DNA of 34,398 nt, from positions 124,510,718 to 124,545,115 of the forward strand of contig NC_068985.1 of NCBI RefSeq assembly GCF_001194135.2, given 5' to 3'. The notes under the pieces are model-generated. The model was not told where the DNA came from. It made no database searches and worked only from the letters and a program-made list of their open reading frames with translations. Both the position numbers and the translations under genes were made by a program. This DNA is from Octopus bimaculoides (taxonomy: Eukaryota). Below are positions 1-9,900 of the stretch, piece after piece. Every line of letters starts with the position of its first letter. The first letter of the stretch is position 1.

Positions 1-437
1 ATCTATGTAATTGTGCGCGCGCGAGCATGTACGTGCAACAAGTGAAATTTAAGATCGCATTCTTCATTTCTGACTGTAAAAATATTAGATTCGTCTCTTG
101 ATTTTTATTGAACACTTGTTTTGTAAAAGTATACAATCACATATCCTTGACGTATGTTTATTTATATGTGAGATTTGGCTGTTATTTCTAGCATGTAAAT
201 AGCCTGCTTGGTGGGGGGGGGGGGAATTGAAATTTTTCAAACAATTTTTTTTCAGAATCGGAATCTCCATAGCCTAAAACGTGGGATTCCGTAAAAAAAT
301 TAATAAATAAGGAGGGGAAAGGTTCAGATTACATATAGTCCGTCTCTACCCATGTCACAATCAATGCAAGGAACTTCGTTCGGAAAGCACCGCTTTTTTC
401 GATTTCTCTCACTAATATGTCAACGAAGCGCACGTCC

Positions 438-472
<35 letters not shown>

Positions 473-830
473 TATCCTGCAAATAAAGATAATAATAATA
501 TTTTATAAACTTATAAGCAATCACTGCAATGACTAAAGAAAATAGTCTAATATTAGAGTATATAAGCTCTCGCCCAAAAAAAAGTAGGGTTCTCGTACGC
601 GTTCGACTCGAACCCACAGCTCTTTGTTTAGCGACGTGTGTTAATAAAGGGTTTCACCCGAACAAAAAATAAAAGAAAAAATAGTGTAATAGGTGTTAAA
701 CAACTTGATGTAAACGAATAAGAAAAAAAAATGCGCGCTCGCGAATGGGGGGGGGAGAACTCGGAAAGTTCACATCGTGAATGTTCCGAGTCGCCTCACC
801 ACAGGCAAAAAAAAAAAAGAAAAATAGTGT
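1..830. promoter_or_regulatory. CpG-retaining region, possible unmethylated promoter-proximal DNA
   Basis: About 37 CpG counted by eye in 1-800, versus none seen in 19381-20220. No TSS or exon identified. Confidence 0.4.
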
Positions 831-837
831 AATAGCT

Positions 838-1256
838 GTATTTTTCCGATGTTGTTGTTGTTGTTATTATTATTATTATTATTATTACTAGTATTATTAC
901 TAGTATTATTCAGGTCACTGCCTGGAATCGAACTCGGAATATTGGGATTAGTAGCCCGCACTCTTAACCACTACACCATATGGGTAAGAGCGCGGGCTAC
1001 TAACCACCAGATTCCTAGTTCGATTCCAGGCAATGACCTGAATAATGTTAATGATAATAACAACAACAACAACAACAACAACATCAGAAAAACACCTTAG
1101 GAATGAGAACCCAGGTTCGAAATTTCCCCAAGACACCTGATGAAGGCTGGAGAGTACATCAGCCGAAACGCTGTGTTAACAACAAACAAGATTAGGACAA
1201 ATATCCGTCAAATGTAAATGATGTACATAATTCCTCATCTTTCAAATATAGAACTG
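838..1256. mobile_element. Fold-back non-autonomous element: two head-to-head tRNA-derived units with (AAT/AAC)n tails, plus a Penelope-like 3' tail with a hammerhead motif
   Basis: 905-969 is the reverse complement of 982-1046 (8 mismatches in 65 nt). The centre CCATATGG (976-983) is palindromic. Both arms have the B-box-like GTTCGATTCC; the left arm has the A-box-like TGGTGTAGTGG. Confidence 0.75.
1132..1177 (+). ncRNA. Minimal type I hammerhead ribozyme-like motif (probably inactivated copy)
   Basis: GACAC-CTGATGA-A-GGCTG(GAGAGTACAT)CAGCC-GAAA-CG-CT-GTGTT. Stem I is 5 bp and stem II is 5 bp. There is C instead of U at the position equivalent to 16.1. Confidence 0.6.
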
Positions 1257-1257
1257 T

Positions 1258-1417
1258 GGGGTGAGGAGTTTCGAAAAATTCACCCAAGTCGACTTTGTTT
1301 CCTCATAACATTCAGAAAAATGAGTATTTTTTTAATAAAATTTTCTTCAACCACTTTTCAGAGCGTGTAAATTATGATTATACCTTTATTTAATTAATAT
1401 GAAAAAGAAAATTGGTG

Positions 1418-1455
<38 letters not shown>

Positions 1456-1683
1456 TACTGATACACATCACAATTTCAAGTTTCATTTTGTACATGTATA
1501 TGATGTGTGTCAGTAATAATTCACCAATTTTGTTTTTTATTTTAAATTCTGATGTAATCATAATCTACACACTCTGAAAGTTATTCTTGGAAAATTTCAT
1601 TCACAACTATCTAGTTTTCTGAAAGTTATGAGGAAACAAAGTGTACTCATGTGAATTTCCCAAAGCCCTTCTCCCTACTCACA
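1258..1683. mobile_element. MITE-like element with ~70-bp imperfect terminal inverted repeats and an internal (AC)n
   Basis: ACTTTGTTTCCTCATAAC (1292-1309) is the exact reverse complement of 1625-1642, and the flanks also align. Related sequence occurs at ~22720-22935. Confidence 0.6.
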
Positions 1684-2254
1684 AAATTTTTTTCCTTTTC
1701 ACAACAAATTCTAATATAATTAAAATTTACATCATCTGAAGTGTATTTATGGAAAATTTCATTAAAAATATGCATTTTTCTGGGAGCTATGAAGCAACAA
1801 AGTCAGGGGTGCTCTTTTTTCTTAAACTTCCCTCTCTTCATCAACCCTTTGGAATTTTTTTTTTTTTTCACTTTTACATGTATTCTGAGACACTTGTATT
1901 TCAAACAACTGTTTTTCAAATTTCTTTTCCGATGGTAATAGGAATTTTATCCAAAAATATTGATTCCCTAAACTGAAGGATAGCTCATCCTCAGTATCTT
2001 GGTGCATGAAGTGATGTATAACTGATCCACAATATTGTCATGTCTGGAAAATAAAAAAGTGGTATATAAAATTCAGTTTGATAGGAATTATATCAATATC
2101 TATTTATTTTTGTCATTACATTTTTTATGTAAGCTAATATTTCTTTTCTTAAGGGAAAGGAGGAGGTCATTATTTTCTTGTCTATTTGCTGAAACATCTT
2201 AAATGGAAAAAAATAACACTATCATCAGTAATTTTGGAGGAAAAAAATAATAAA

Positions 2255-2630
2255 CATGGCTGTGTGGTAAGTAACTTGCTAACCAACCACATGGTTCCAG
2301 GTTCAGTTCCACTGTGTGGCAACTTAGGCAAGTGTCTTCTTCTATAGCCTTGAGCCAACCAAGGCCCTTGTGAGTGGATATGGTAGATGGAAACTGAAAG
2401 AAGCCTGTCATGTATATATGTGTGTGTGTGTTTGTCCCCATCCCTCCCACATCGCTTGACAACCAATGCTGGTGTGTTTACGTCGCTGTAACTTAGCAGT
2501 TCGGCAAAATAAACCGATAGAATAAGTACTAGGCTTACAAAGAATAAATCCTGGGGTCAATTTGCTCAACTAAAGGCGGTGCTCCAGCATGGCCACAGTC
2601 AAATGACTGAAACAAGTAAAAGAATAAAAT
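2255..2630 (+). mobile_element. tRNA-derived SINE, family B, near full length
   Basis: tRNA-like head (TGTGTGGTAAG...GGTTCAGTTCCACTG), CTTAGGCAAGTGTCTTCT core, internal (TG)n, and a GAAACAAGTAAAAGA tail. Multiple homologous copies occur in the window. Confidence 0.8.
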
Positions 2631-2681
2631 AACATGCAGTATGGTTCAGCTGTATGTGTGTCTGTGTATATTTATATAAAA

Positions 2682-2862
2682 AGCACCAGTGGTGGAGGCA
2701 TTTAAAAAGCACCCTGCCCACTCTGTTAAGCAGTTGGCATTAGGAAGGGCATCCAGCCATAGAAACCATGCCTCAACAGTTAACTGAAGCCTGGACAGCT
2801 CCATGTCAAACCATCCAAGCCATACCAGCATGAAAAGCAGATGTTAAACGATGAGGAGGATG
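2682..2862 (+). mobile_element. SINE-like repeat family A ((GAT)n-tailed), diverged copy
   Basis: Contains TTGGCATTAGGAAGGGCATCCAGC and ends in GTTAAACGATGAGGAGGATG. Homologous to 5381-5573. Confidence 0.7.
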
Positions 2863-2875
2863 AAATATATAAGCA

Positions 2876-2975
2876 CAGGCATGGCTATGTGCTTAAGAAG
2901 TTTGCTTTGCAACCACATGGCTTTTGGTTCAGTCCTTCTGCGCAGCACCTTGGGCAAGTGTTTTCAACTTTAGCT
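2876..2975 (+). mobile_element. SINE family B, 5' fragment
   Basis: Homologous to 2255-2350. Confidence 0.65.
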
Positions 2976-3039
2976 CCAGATTAACATATGTCTTGTGAAG
3001 AAACTGAAATAAGTTTTATCAAAATGCCTGTTAAAATAA

Positions 3040-3560
3040 TTGGATAATGTACAGTTCCCCCACTACCTTTTGCCTATTCTATACCACCATACCTCTCCAC
3101 ATCTCTTCTGTCCACTCTATCTATTCTATTCCTTTCCATCACGTTATTACCTCTTCTCCTATTCTTCATACCATACCACCTGTAATTCAGAGGAAAGCAT
3201 TGGACCTCTGCATTCTCAATACCCTCATCACCACTACCACCTATATTCTACAGTTCTTCCTCCCTTTGTCCTTCTGTATCATGGTGCTTAAGTAGAGAGA
3301 GAGGGGATTATATTTTTGCAACCTTCATTACTTCACCATGAGTCTTCTGTCATTATGCTCTCTTTACCTTATTCATGTTACTTTGAGAATATGCTCTGGC
3401 ACCTCATTCCCCTGTGTTGCTCTCTCCACCATTACTCTCTTAATAATAAATGCATTCTCATCAAACTGCAACTTCTCCCAATACCGCACTTAAAGTTATC
3501 GCTCACTTTCCTAATCTTTCTTTCTATGGTGAAGCTTTTTCGCCTTGAAACTCACAAGTG
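3040..3560 (+). mobile_element. Pyrimidine-rich decayed element, possibly a Penelope-like 3' region
   Basis: Strand-biased composition, a weak QRKAL...ILNTL likeness to GIY-YIG C-termini, and a degenerate TGGTGAAGC...GAAAC end. Weak support. Confidence 0.2.
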
Positions 3561-3914
3561 TTGGTGAGTAGAGATAGTGCAGGGTTAAAAGGACTTTTTA
3601 ACCTTGTTGAGGACAAGACAATTAGTCTAGCTTATAAAGCTGAATCTTTGGGATCTGAGATGGAATATTATTGGAGTGGATTGTTGTTTTTTTTTTCTTG
3701 TTTGCTTTTTTTCTATGTGTTAAAAGAAGAGCAAGTTCCTTCATCTTTTTGCAGAGCTTTTGACTCTTAGAAGAAAGTCATTTTCAGACCAAATCTAAAT
3801 GCAAGCAACAAACTGAACTCTACCAAAAGCCCTCAGTGACCAAGTGATAGTATTAATTTGCATGGTGGATTAAGTGTACTTCCCAAGAACAGGTGAAGTC
3901 CATCCAACAGGTGC

Positions 3915-4040
3915 CTACACAGTTTCCACTTATTATTTCATTCTCAGACCTGTGACTATTGTAGAAGACATTCACCTATGGTGTCATTCAGTGGGAACCA
4001 CATGATTGTGAAGCAAGCTTCTCAACTACACAGCAATGCT
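3915..4040 (-). mobile_element. SINE family B, highly degraded
   Basis: Contains CAGTTTCCAC...TAGAAGACA...CAGTGGGA...CCACATG, the reverse complement of family B motifs. Confidence 0.5.
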
Positions 4041-4278
4041 CATTTCACAGTTTGTCCAACCACTTATAATATTGGTTTCAAATTTTGGCACAAGGCCAGC
4101 AATTTCAGGGGAGAGGGAAAATCAACTATAGCAACCCCAATGCTCAACTGGTATTTATTTTATTGACCCCAAAAGGATGAAAGGCAAGTATTTGAACTCA
4201 GAATATAAAGATGGACCAAAATGCTGCTAAGAATTTTACCTGGTGCATTAACAATTCTGCTAGCTCATTGCCTTTATA

Positions 4279-4370
4279 TCTTAATATATAAAACAGAGTT
4301 TGTCTGTGTGTATGTTCCTTATAAATTCAAAAACTGAGTTGCCAATTTTGACGTATGGAGACATCAATAG
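4279..4370 (+). mobile_element. Possible non-autonomous Helitron/HINE 5' end
   Basis: TCTTAATATATAAAA...TGTCTGTGTGT...ATAAATTCAAAAACTG resembles recalled Helitron-derived 5' termini. No 3' end found. Confidence 0.25.
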
Positions 4371-4571
4371 ATTCAGTAATCTTTCAGCTACCAAATAAAC
4401 TGCTTTTTTTGCACAACAACTCTTTTTTACTACAAAAATAACCTCCAAAACGAGGTCAGGTTGCACAATTTTGAGGTTTTTAACTAAGGGAGGCAACTCT
4501 GCCTGAATAATTTTTATCAGTACTCGATTTAACAACAAGTCTAAACACATACATATTAGGTGCAAGAATAA

Positions 4572-4710
4572 CTGTGTGGTTGAGAAGTTTGCTTCTCAAC
4601 CAGATGGTTTCATGTTCAGTCCCTCTGTATGGTACCTTGGGCAAGTGTTTTCTACTATAGCCCTAGGCCAACCACAGACTTGTGACTGAATTTGGTAGAC
4701 GGAAACTGCA
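4572..4710 (+). mobile_element. SINE family B, 5' half
   Basis: Homologous to 2260-2400 (CCTTGGGCAAGTG...TTTGGTAGACGGAAACTG). Confidence 0.7.
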
Positions 4711-5332
4711 ATGTTGTTCATCAGAAAATGACTGAGAAACATGTTTATAAAGAAGAGCTGTTTGTTTCATACTCTTCGTGTACCAATTCTGTCCATAAGA
4801 AAGGAACAAAATAATACAATGTGGCTATAAGCCATAACACCCTGGCAACCCTGGGGTGCATTGCTAGTACTACATTAATACTAAAATTCAATCTTGAGAA
4901 AGTGAGATATTTATTAATATTCTTATGTTTAATTGTTTAGAGATATCACAGTGACACTATGTCATTTAATTGTCTGTGTGAAACTAAATTTGGATAAGTT
5001 GACCAGACCTCATCATAATTTTATTTTTGTGTGTCTGTTTCTTTTCACTCACAGAAATAGACTCTGTTTTATTTGTGAGTGAATAGAGAATAAAACAACA
5101 CTAAAATGAAATGACAAAAATAACAAGACATAAAGAGGCGCATAGCTAATTTATAACATTAGTGTCCATGTGTGTATGAACTTGTTTTAACTAATATGTA
5201 CAGCTGTATATGTGAATCTATGCATGTGGGTTAAAGTACTTGTTCATATGTATCTCTCAGTGTGTGATGTTAGATTTCTTAATATGCATGTGTGTGCCTG
5301 CACTTATACGTATGCATATATGTATGCACATG

Positions 5333-5370
<38 letters not shown>

Positions 5371-5380
5371 NNNNNNNNNN

Positions 5381-5573
5381 CTTCATGCCGGTGGCATGTA
5401 AAAGCACCCACTACACACTCTGAGTGGTTGGCGTTAGGAAGGGCATCCAGCTGTAGAAACTCTGCCAAATCAGATTGGAGCCTGGTGTAGCTATCTGGTT
5501 CACCAGTCCTCAGTCAAATCGTCCAACCCATGCTAGCATGGAAAGCGGACGTTAAACGACGATGAAGATGATG
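5381..5573 (+). mobile_element. SINE-like repeat family A
   Basis: GCCGGTGGCATGTAAAAGCACCCACTACACACTC...AGGAAGGGCATCCAGCTGTAGAAAC...GTTAAACGACGATG. Confidence 0.8.
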
Positions 5574-5769
5574 TATATGTATATATATATTTCTGTGTAT
5601 ATAGATAGATATTTGTCCCTTGGCTGCTGGAGGTTAGAATAATTGTCTTGTTGATGATACCCATTGAGGCAGAAACATATATTGACAACTGTCACTTATC
5701 TCCAGACAATAAACCTGTCCTTATCCTCTGGTGTGTCAACTTTGGATAATTCTTGATTCTTGAGATTAC

Positions 5770-6128
5770 CTGTGCCTGGCATCGCCTTCCTAGCACTTGT
5801 GCCGGATGGCACATGTAAAGACATTCGAGCAAGAGCATTGCCAGTGCCGGCAAACTGGCTCCTGTGCAGGTGGCACGTAAAATACACCATTTTGAGCGTG
5901 GCCGTTGCCAGTACCACTTGACTGGCCTTTGTGCTGGTGGCACGTAAAAGCACCCACTACACTCTCGGAGTGGTTGGCGTTAAGGAAGGGCATCTGGCTG
6001 TAGAAACTCTGCCAAATCAGATTCGAGGCTGGTGTAGCCATCTGGTTTCACCAGTCCTCAGTCAAATCATCCAACCCATGCTAGCATGGAAAACGGACGT
6101 TAAATGACGATGATGATGATGATGATGA
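5770..6128 (+). mobile_element. SINE-like repeat family A, long form with repeated 5' modules
   Basis: Three GTGC..GTGGCAC(G/A)T modules precede the common body. (GAT)n tail. Confidence 0.8.
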
Positions 6129-6719
6129 TTTCCCCTTCTCATATGGAGCTGTTCTAAGTTATCATTTGACAATTGTAGCACATGCTCTAAATCAAGAATT
6201 TATATTGTATGGTATTCGATATACTTGTATTTCTCTGTTGTTCATAAACGAATTGGTGGCCATTCTTAGCTCATTTTTGTTTACACACACGCATGCATGT
6301 GCACGCGCACACACATGAGTATTCAAAGTGAATGGTGGCTGTGGGAGACAGAAACCAAAGAAGAAATCTAATGATGTGCTGAAAAATACTCTCTAAGTGT
6401 TACATCTGATGAAGGAAATGACTATGTCAACTGGCAACATGTGGTGCTGCAGACAACCTGACCTCCCGCACAGGTTTAGTGCATGTGTCTCTCTCTTTGC
6501 TCTGCTTGCTTTGTATCTCTCATCTCTACTCTCCATTCCATGATACCCATAACTGAGACGAAAATATATGATTAATGCATATTGAATATCTACCTTCCCA
6601 TCACTCCACCACATATATCTTCCTATCTCTCTTTCCTCCTAAATTATAAGTCATGACTTGTGTGGGAAGGGACTGTATTCTGCCTACCTTTATTCACCCT
6701 CTCTGACTCACTTGTCAGT

Positions 6720-6980
6720 GGAGGCATGTGGCTTAGTGGTTAGGGTGTCAGCATCATGATCATGAGATTGTGGTTTCGATTCCTGGACCAAGCAATGCGT
6801 TGTGTTCTTAAGCAAAACACTTCATTTCATGTTGTTCCAGTCCACTCAGCTGGCTAGAATAAGTAACCTTGCAACAGACGGGCATCTCATCCAGGTGCAG
6901 AATATATTCGCCATGGAAACCGAGAAAGCAGCCCTTGTGAGTTGAGATGACTCAAAAGGGCAGCTTTACTTTACCTTTTT
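6720..6980 (+). mobile_element. tRNA-derived SINE, family C (CORE/Meta-like central domain, 3' stem-loop)
   Basis: A-box TGGCTTAGTGG and B-box GTTTCGATTCC. Homologous to 33385-33645 and to the reverse complement of 31085-31300. Confidence 0.8.
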
Positions 6981-6999
6981 TACTTACTCTCTTGTCACC

Positions 7000-7730
7000 A
7001 TTCTTGGACATGTTAGCTTGAGTATATATCCTAGCCCCCCCCCCTCACCATCACCTTATCTATCTTTCCTCTGCACCACTTCACACACCCTTGTGTAATG
7101 TTGGGTAGCACTGCACCGCTTCCTACTCAATCCCTTCTCCACCCTCCTCGCTGCCCTTATCAGGCTCACTAATCCCCTGAAACTAATTTTACATCTCCCC
7201 CTCCTTTCCATTACTTCCATCTTTCTTTCTCCACACTCACCCATGTATAACATGAGATAGCACTGCACCCCCTCCTATCCAACCCTCCCCCATTGTCTTA
7301 TCACTCCTCTAATGCTCTCTCTTACCAAGCTTCTGACACTTTTAATTTCCCTCCTATTTCCTCTATCTTAAATGTCCTTGCCCTTCTTCAATAAACCTGT
7401 ATAACTCCAGCTGTCTTAGACCCTAATCAACCATCCAACCCATGCTGGTATGGCAGACCCACTGACCCATCTGGTCACTGGGTCCAGCTACTTCATTAGG
7501 ATTACCACATTGTTCCTACCCCTGCTCTCCTTCAAACTAACCTTTGGAATTACTGTTCTACTTCCCCTCTTCTGTCACCTATTCACCCACCCTTATTACC
7601 ATTACCACAAAGTCCCCTTCACACTAATTTCTGACATTCCTCTCCCTTTTGCCACTCTTCTGTCTCCTCTACTCCCACTCCAGCATTGTTCCCTTTGTTA
7701 TTCATTCCTTTACAATACATACAATAAATC
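7000..7730. repeat. Pyrimidine-rich unclassified decayed element with an old ~152-bp tandem duplication
   Basis: TAGCACTGCACC occurs at 7106 and 7258, with alignable flanks. Confidence 0.4.
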
Positions 7731-8082
7731 TGTTCCTTTCCATCAAGCTGCAAGGTACTGATTCCACAAAAGCATCCAGTTCACTCTAAATATTTGATAA
7801 TGAGTTCAAACAGTGATAATGCTGAATTTGAGAGGGTTTTTTAGTCTTACAGGTTAGTGGCAAAGCGACTTCTATAGTGCTGTGAACTCATTACATTCAT
7901 TACATCAAGCTATAGAAACGATGCCAAAGAATGAGACAGAGGAAGACATGGTCATCCAACACATTGAATTGTATCAAACCATCCTACCCATACCAACATG
8001 TACATGTGTGTATTTGTATATACTTATGAGAGAATGAGAGAGATTTATGTATGTATGTATATATATATATATATATATATAT

Positions 8083-8670
8083 NNNNNNNNNNNNNNNNNN
8101 NNNNNNNNNNNNNNNNNNNNNNNNNNNNNNNNNNNNNNNNNNNNNNNNNNNNNNNNNNNNNNNNNNNNNNNNNNNNNNNNNNNNNNNNNNNNNNNNNNNN
8201 NNNNNNNNNNNNNNNNNNNNNNNNNNNNNNNNNNNNNNNNNNNNNNNNNNNNNNNNNNNNNNNNNNNNNNNNNNNNNNNNNNNNNNNNNNNNNNNNNNNN
8301 NNNNNNNNNNNNNNNNNNNNNNNNNNNNNNNNNNNNNNNNNNNNNNNNNNNNNNNNNNNNNNNNNNNNNNNNNNNNNNNNNNNNNNNNNNNNNNNNNNNN
8401 NNNNNNNNNNNNNNNNNNNNNNNNNNNNNNNNNNNNNNNNNNNNNNNNNNNNNNNNNNNNNNNNNNNNNNNNNNNNNNNNNNNNNNNNNNNNNNNNNNNN
8501 NNNNNNNNNNNNNNNNNNNNNNNNNNNNNNNNNNNNNNNNNNNNNNNNNNNNNNNNNNNNNNNNNNNNNNNNNNNNNNNNNNNNNNNNNNNNNNNNNNNN
8601 NNNNNNNNNNNNNNNNNNNNNNNNNNNNNNNNNNNNNNNNNNNNNNNNNNNNNNNNNNNNNNNNNNNNNN
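8083..8670. other. Assembly gap flanked by (TA)n
   Basis: N run. Other gaps: 5371-5380, 13054-13597, 20942-20951, 25635-25708, 26714-26885, 32906-33040. Confidence 0.99.
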
Positions 8671-8697
8671 TATATATATATATATATATATATATAT

Positions 8698-8853
8698 GCA
8701 ATGAGCCTCTTTCAATTTCTGTCTACCAAATCCACTCACAGGGTTTTTGTCAGCTCAAGGCTTTAGCAGAAGACACTTGCCCAAGGTCCCACACAGTGGG
8801 ACTGAACCCGGAACCGTGTGATTGGGAAGCAAACTTCTTGCCACACCTGCGCC
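8698..8853 (-). mobile_element. SINE family B, 5' half
   Basis: Reverse-complement homology to 2255-2410. Confidence 0.75.
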
Positions 8854-8899
8854 TATATATATTTGTGCTTATTATGTAAAAACAAAGAAAATGACAATA

Positions 8900-9900
8900 T
8901 AGAAGGAATAAAGTTTGACAAATAAGGTATTAGCTTAATGCTTTAGTAGAAAGAGAAAATGTTTTGACACTTTGAGTATTAGACCTTTTATTAGAATGAA
9001 AGAGAGTATAGAGGAGGTAAGAAAAGGAAGAAAAAACTGATGAATATAAAAGGTTTGCTAAGTTACGCAGAGTGTTAAAGAGAATGGTAAGAAACTGGTA
9101 AAATACATAAAGGAGAAGAGATAACTGTGATGAAGAAGCTGGTAAATATCCATGGAGAGAAATACTTGTAATGAACAGAGGAAAAGCTAGATGGGACACA
9201 TAATATAAAAAGAAATTGGCACAGGGGAACAATTTTTTTTTAAGTGGACTGTAAGGGGAGAGAAGTATGGAAAATGTAGCACGCGTGTGTGTGTATTGGA
9301 TGAGGTTTTTTGGCAGGTTGACAAACAATGAGCAGAGGTAGTTGTGAAATGTAAGGGATTCAGAGTTTTCAGCCAAAAGAGAAGTGCTGGAAATATGAAG
9401 AATGTGTGTATGTAAAGAGCAAGGGGTGCATCTGCATACTGGAGTGTGTATATGTGTACAAATGCATGTATAAGAGTGGAGGGTGTAAGTGAGAGAGGGC
9501 CAGTATGTGTGTGAAGCAAAAGTGGGTGCAGGCTTGTGTGTGCCTGTGTGTATCAAATAAACAAAGTGGTGGGTGAATAGAGGTAGGTGTGTGTGTGTCT
9601 GCATGCCCGCATATCAGGGACCAGATGGGGTGAATGAGTGTGATTGGTTGAAGGGAGTGTGTGCATGTATGGAAGCTGTGTTAGTATGTTGAGGATGTGT
9701 GTGTGTGAATATGGGGTTGCAGGAGAGAAGGAAGAATCAAAGGGAATAGGTATGTAATTCTAGGGAAGGTGGGAATAAGGTGCAAGTTAGAAAAAGTGAG
9801 GTGGTGAATTTAGACCAAAAGTGTGTATGTCCAAAGAGAGTGAAAATGAAATTTTGTTCCCTCTGGAGATGAGTGGCATAAGATCAGCATTGAAGGCAAG
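8900..9900 (-). mobile_element. Decayed Penelope-like element (GIY-YIG endonuclease region and 3' end)
   Basis: Frame-hopping peptides HTGP.S / TYTLHSYTC..THI / YTLQ....LALYI resemble the PLE GP..F.I..FTC....IYCI.C..C..YIG pattern. QREQNFIFTL...FGLNSP occurs near 9810-9870. A degenerate hammerhead-like end lies at ~8965-8996. Confidence 0.45.

Noticed and set aside
905-981. Functional tRNA gene (ACT at the anticodon position)
   Set aside because: The anticodon and acceptor stems pair poorly, it has a microsatellite tail and it is duplicated in inverted form. It is a SINE-type head.
849-1100. 83-aa ORF with poly-Leu and poly-Asn
   Set aside because: It comes from microsatellites and the inverted repeat, and has no protein features.
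4718-4745. TCATCAG next to GAAACATGTT, resembling hammerhead parts
   Set aside because: The core halves are on opposite strands and there is no stem I.
7984-8879. Long ORFs across N-runs (also 12940-13634, 26536-27041, 32843-33159)
   Set aside because: Artefacts of gaps and (TA)n repeats.
8930-9604. 224-aa ORF as a host gene
   Set aside because: Biased H/T/L/S composition from a pyrimidine/AC-rich strand. The motifs switch frames, which fits a decayed Penelope-like element better.
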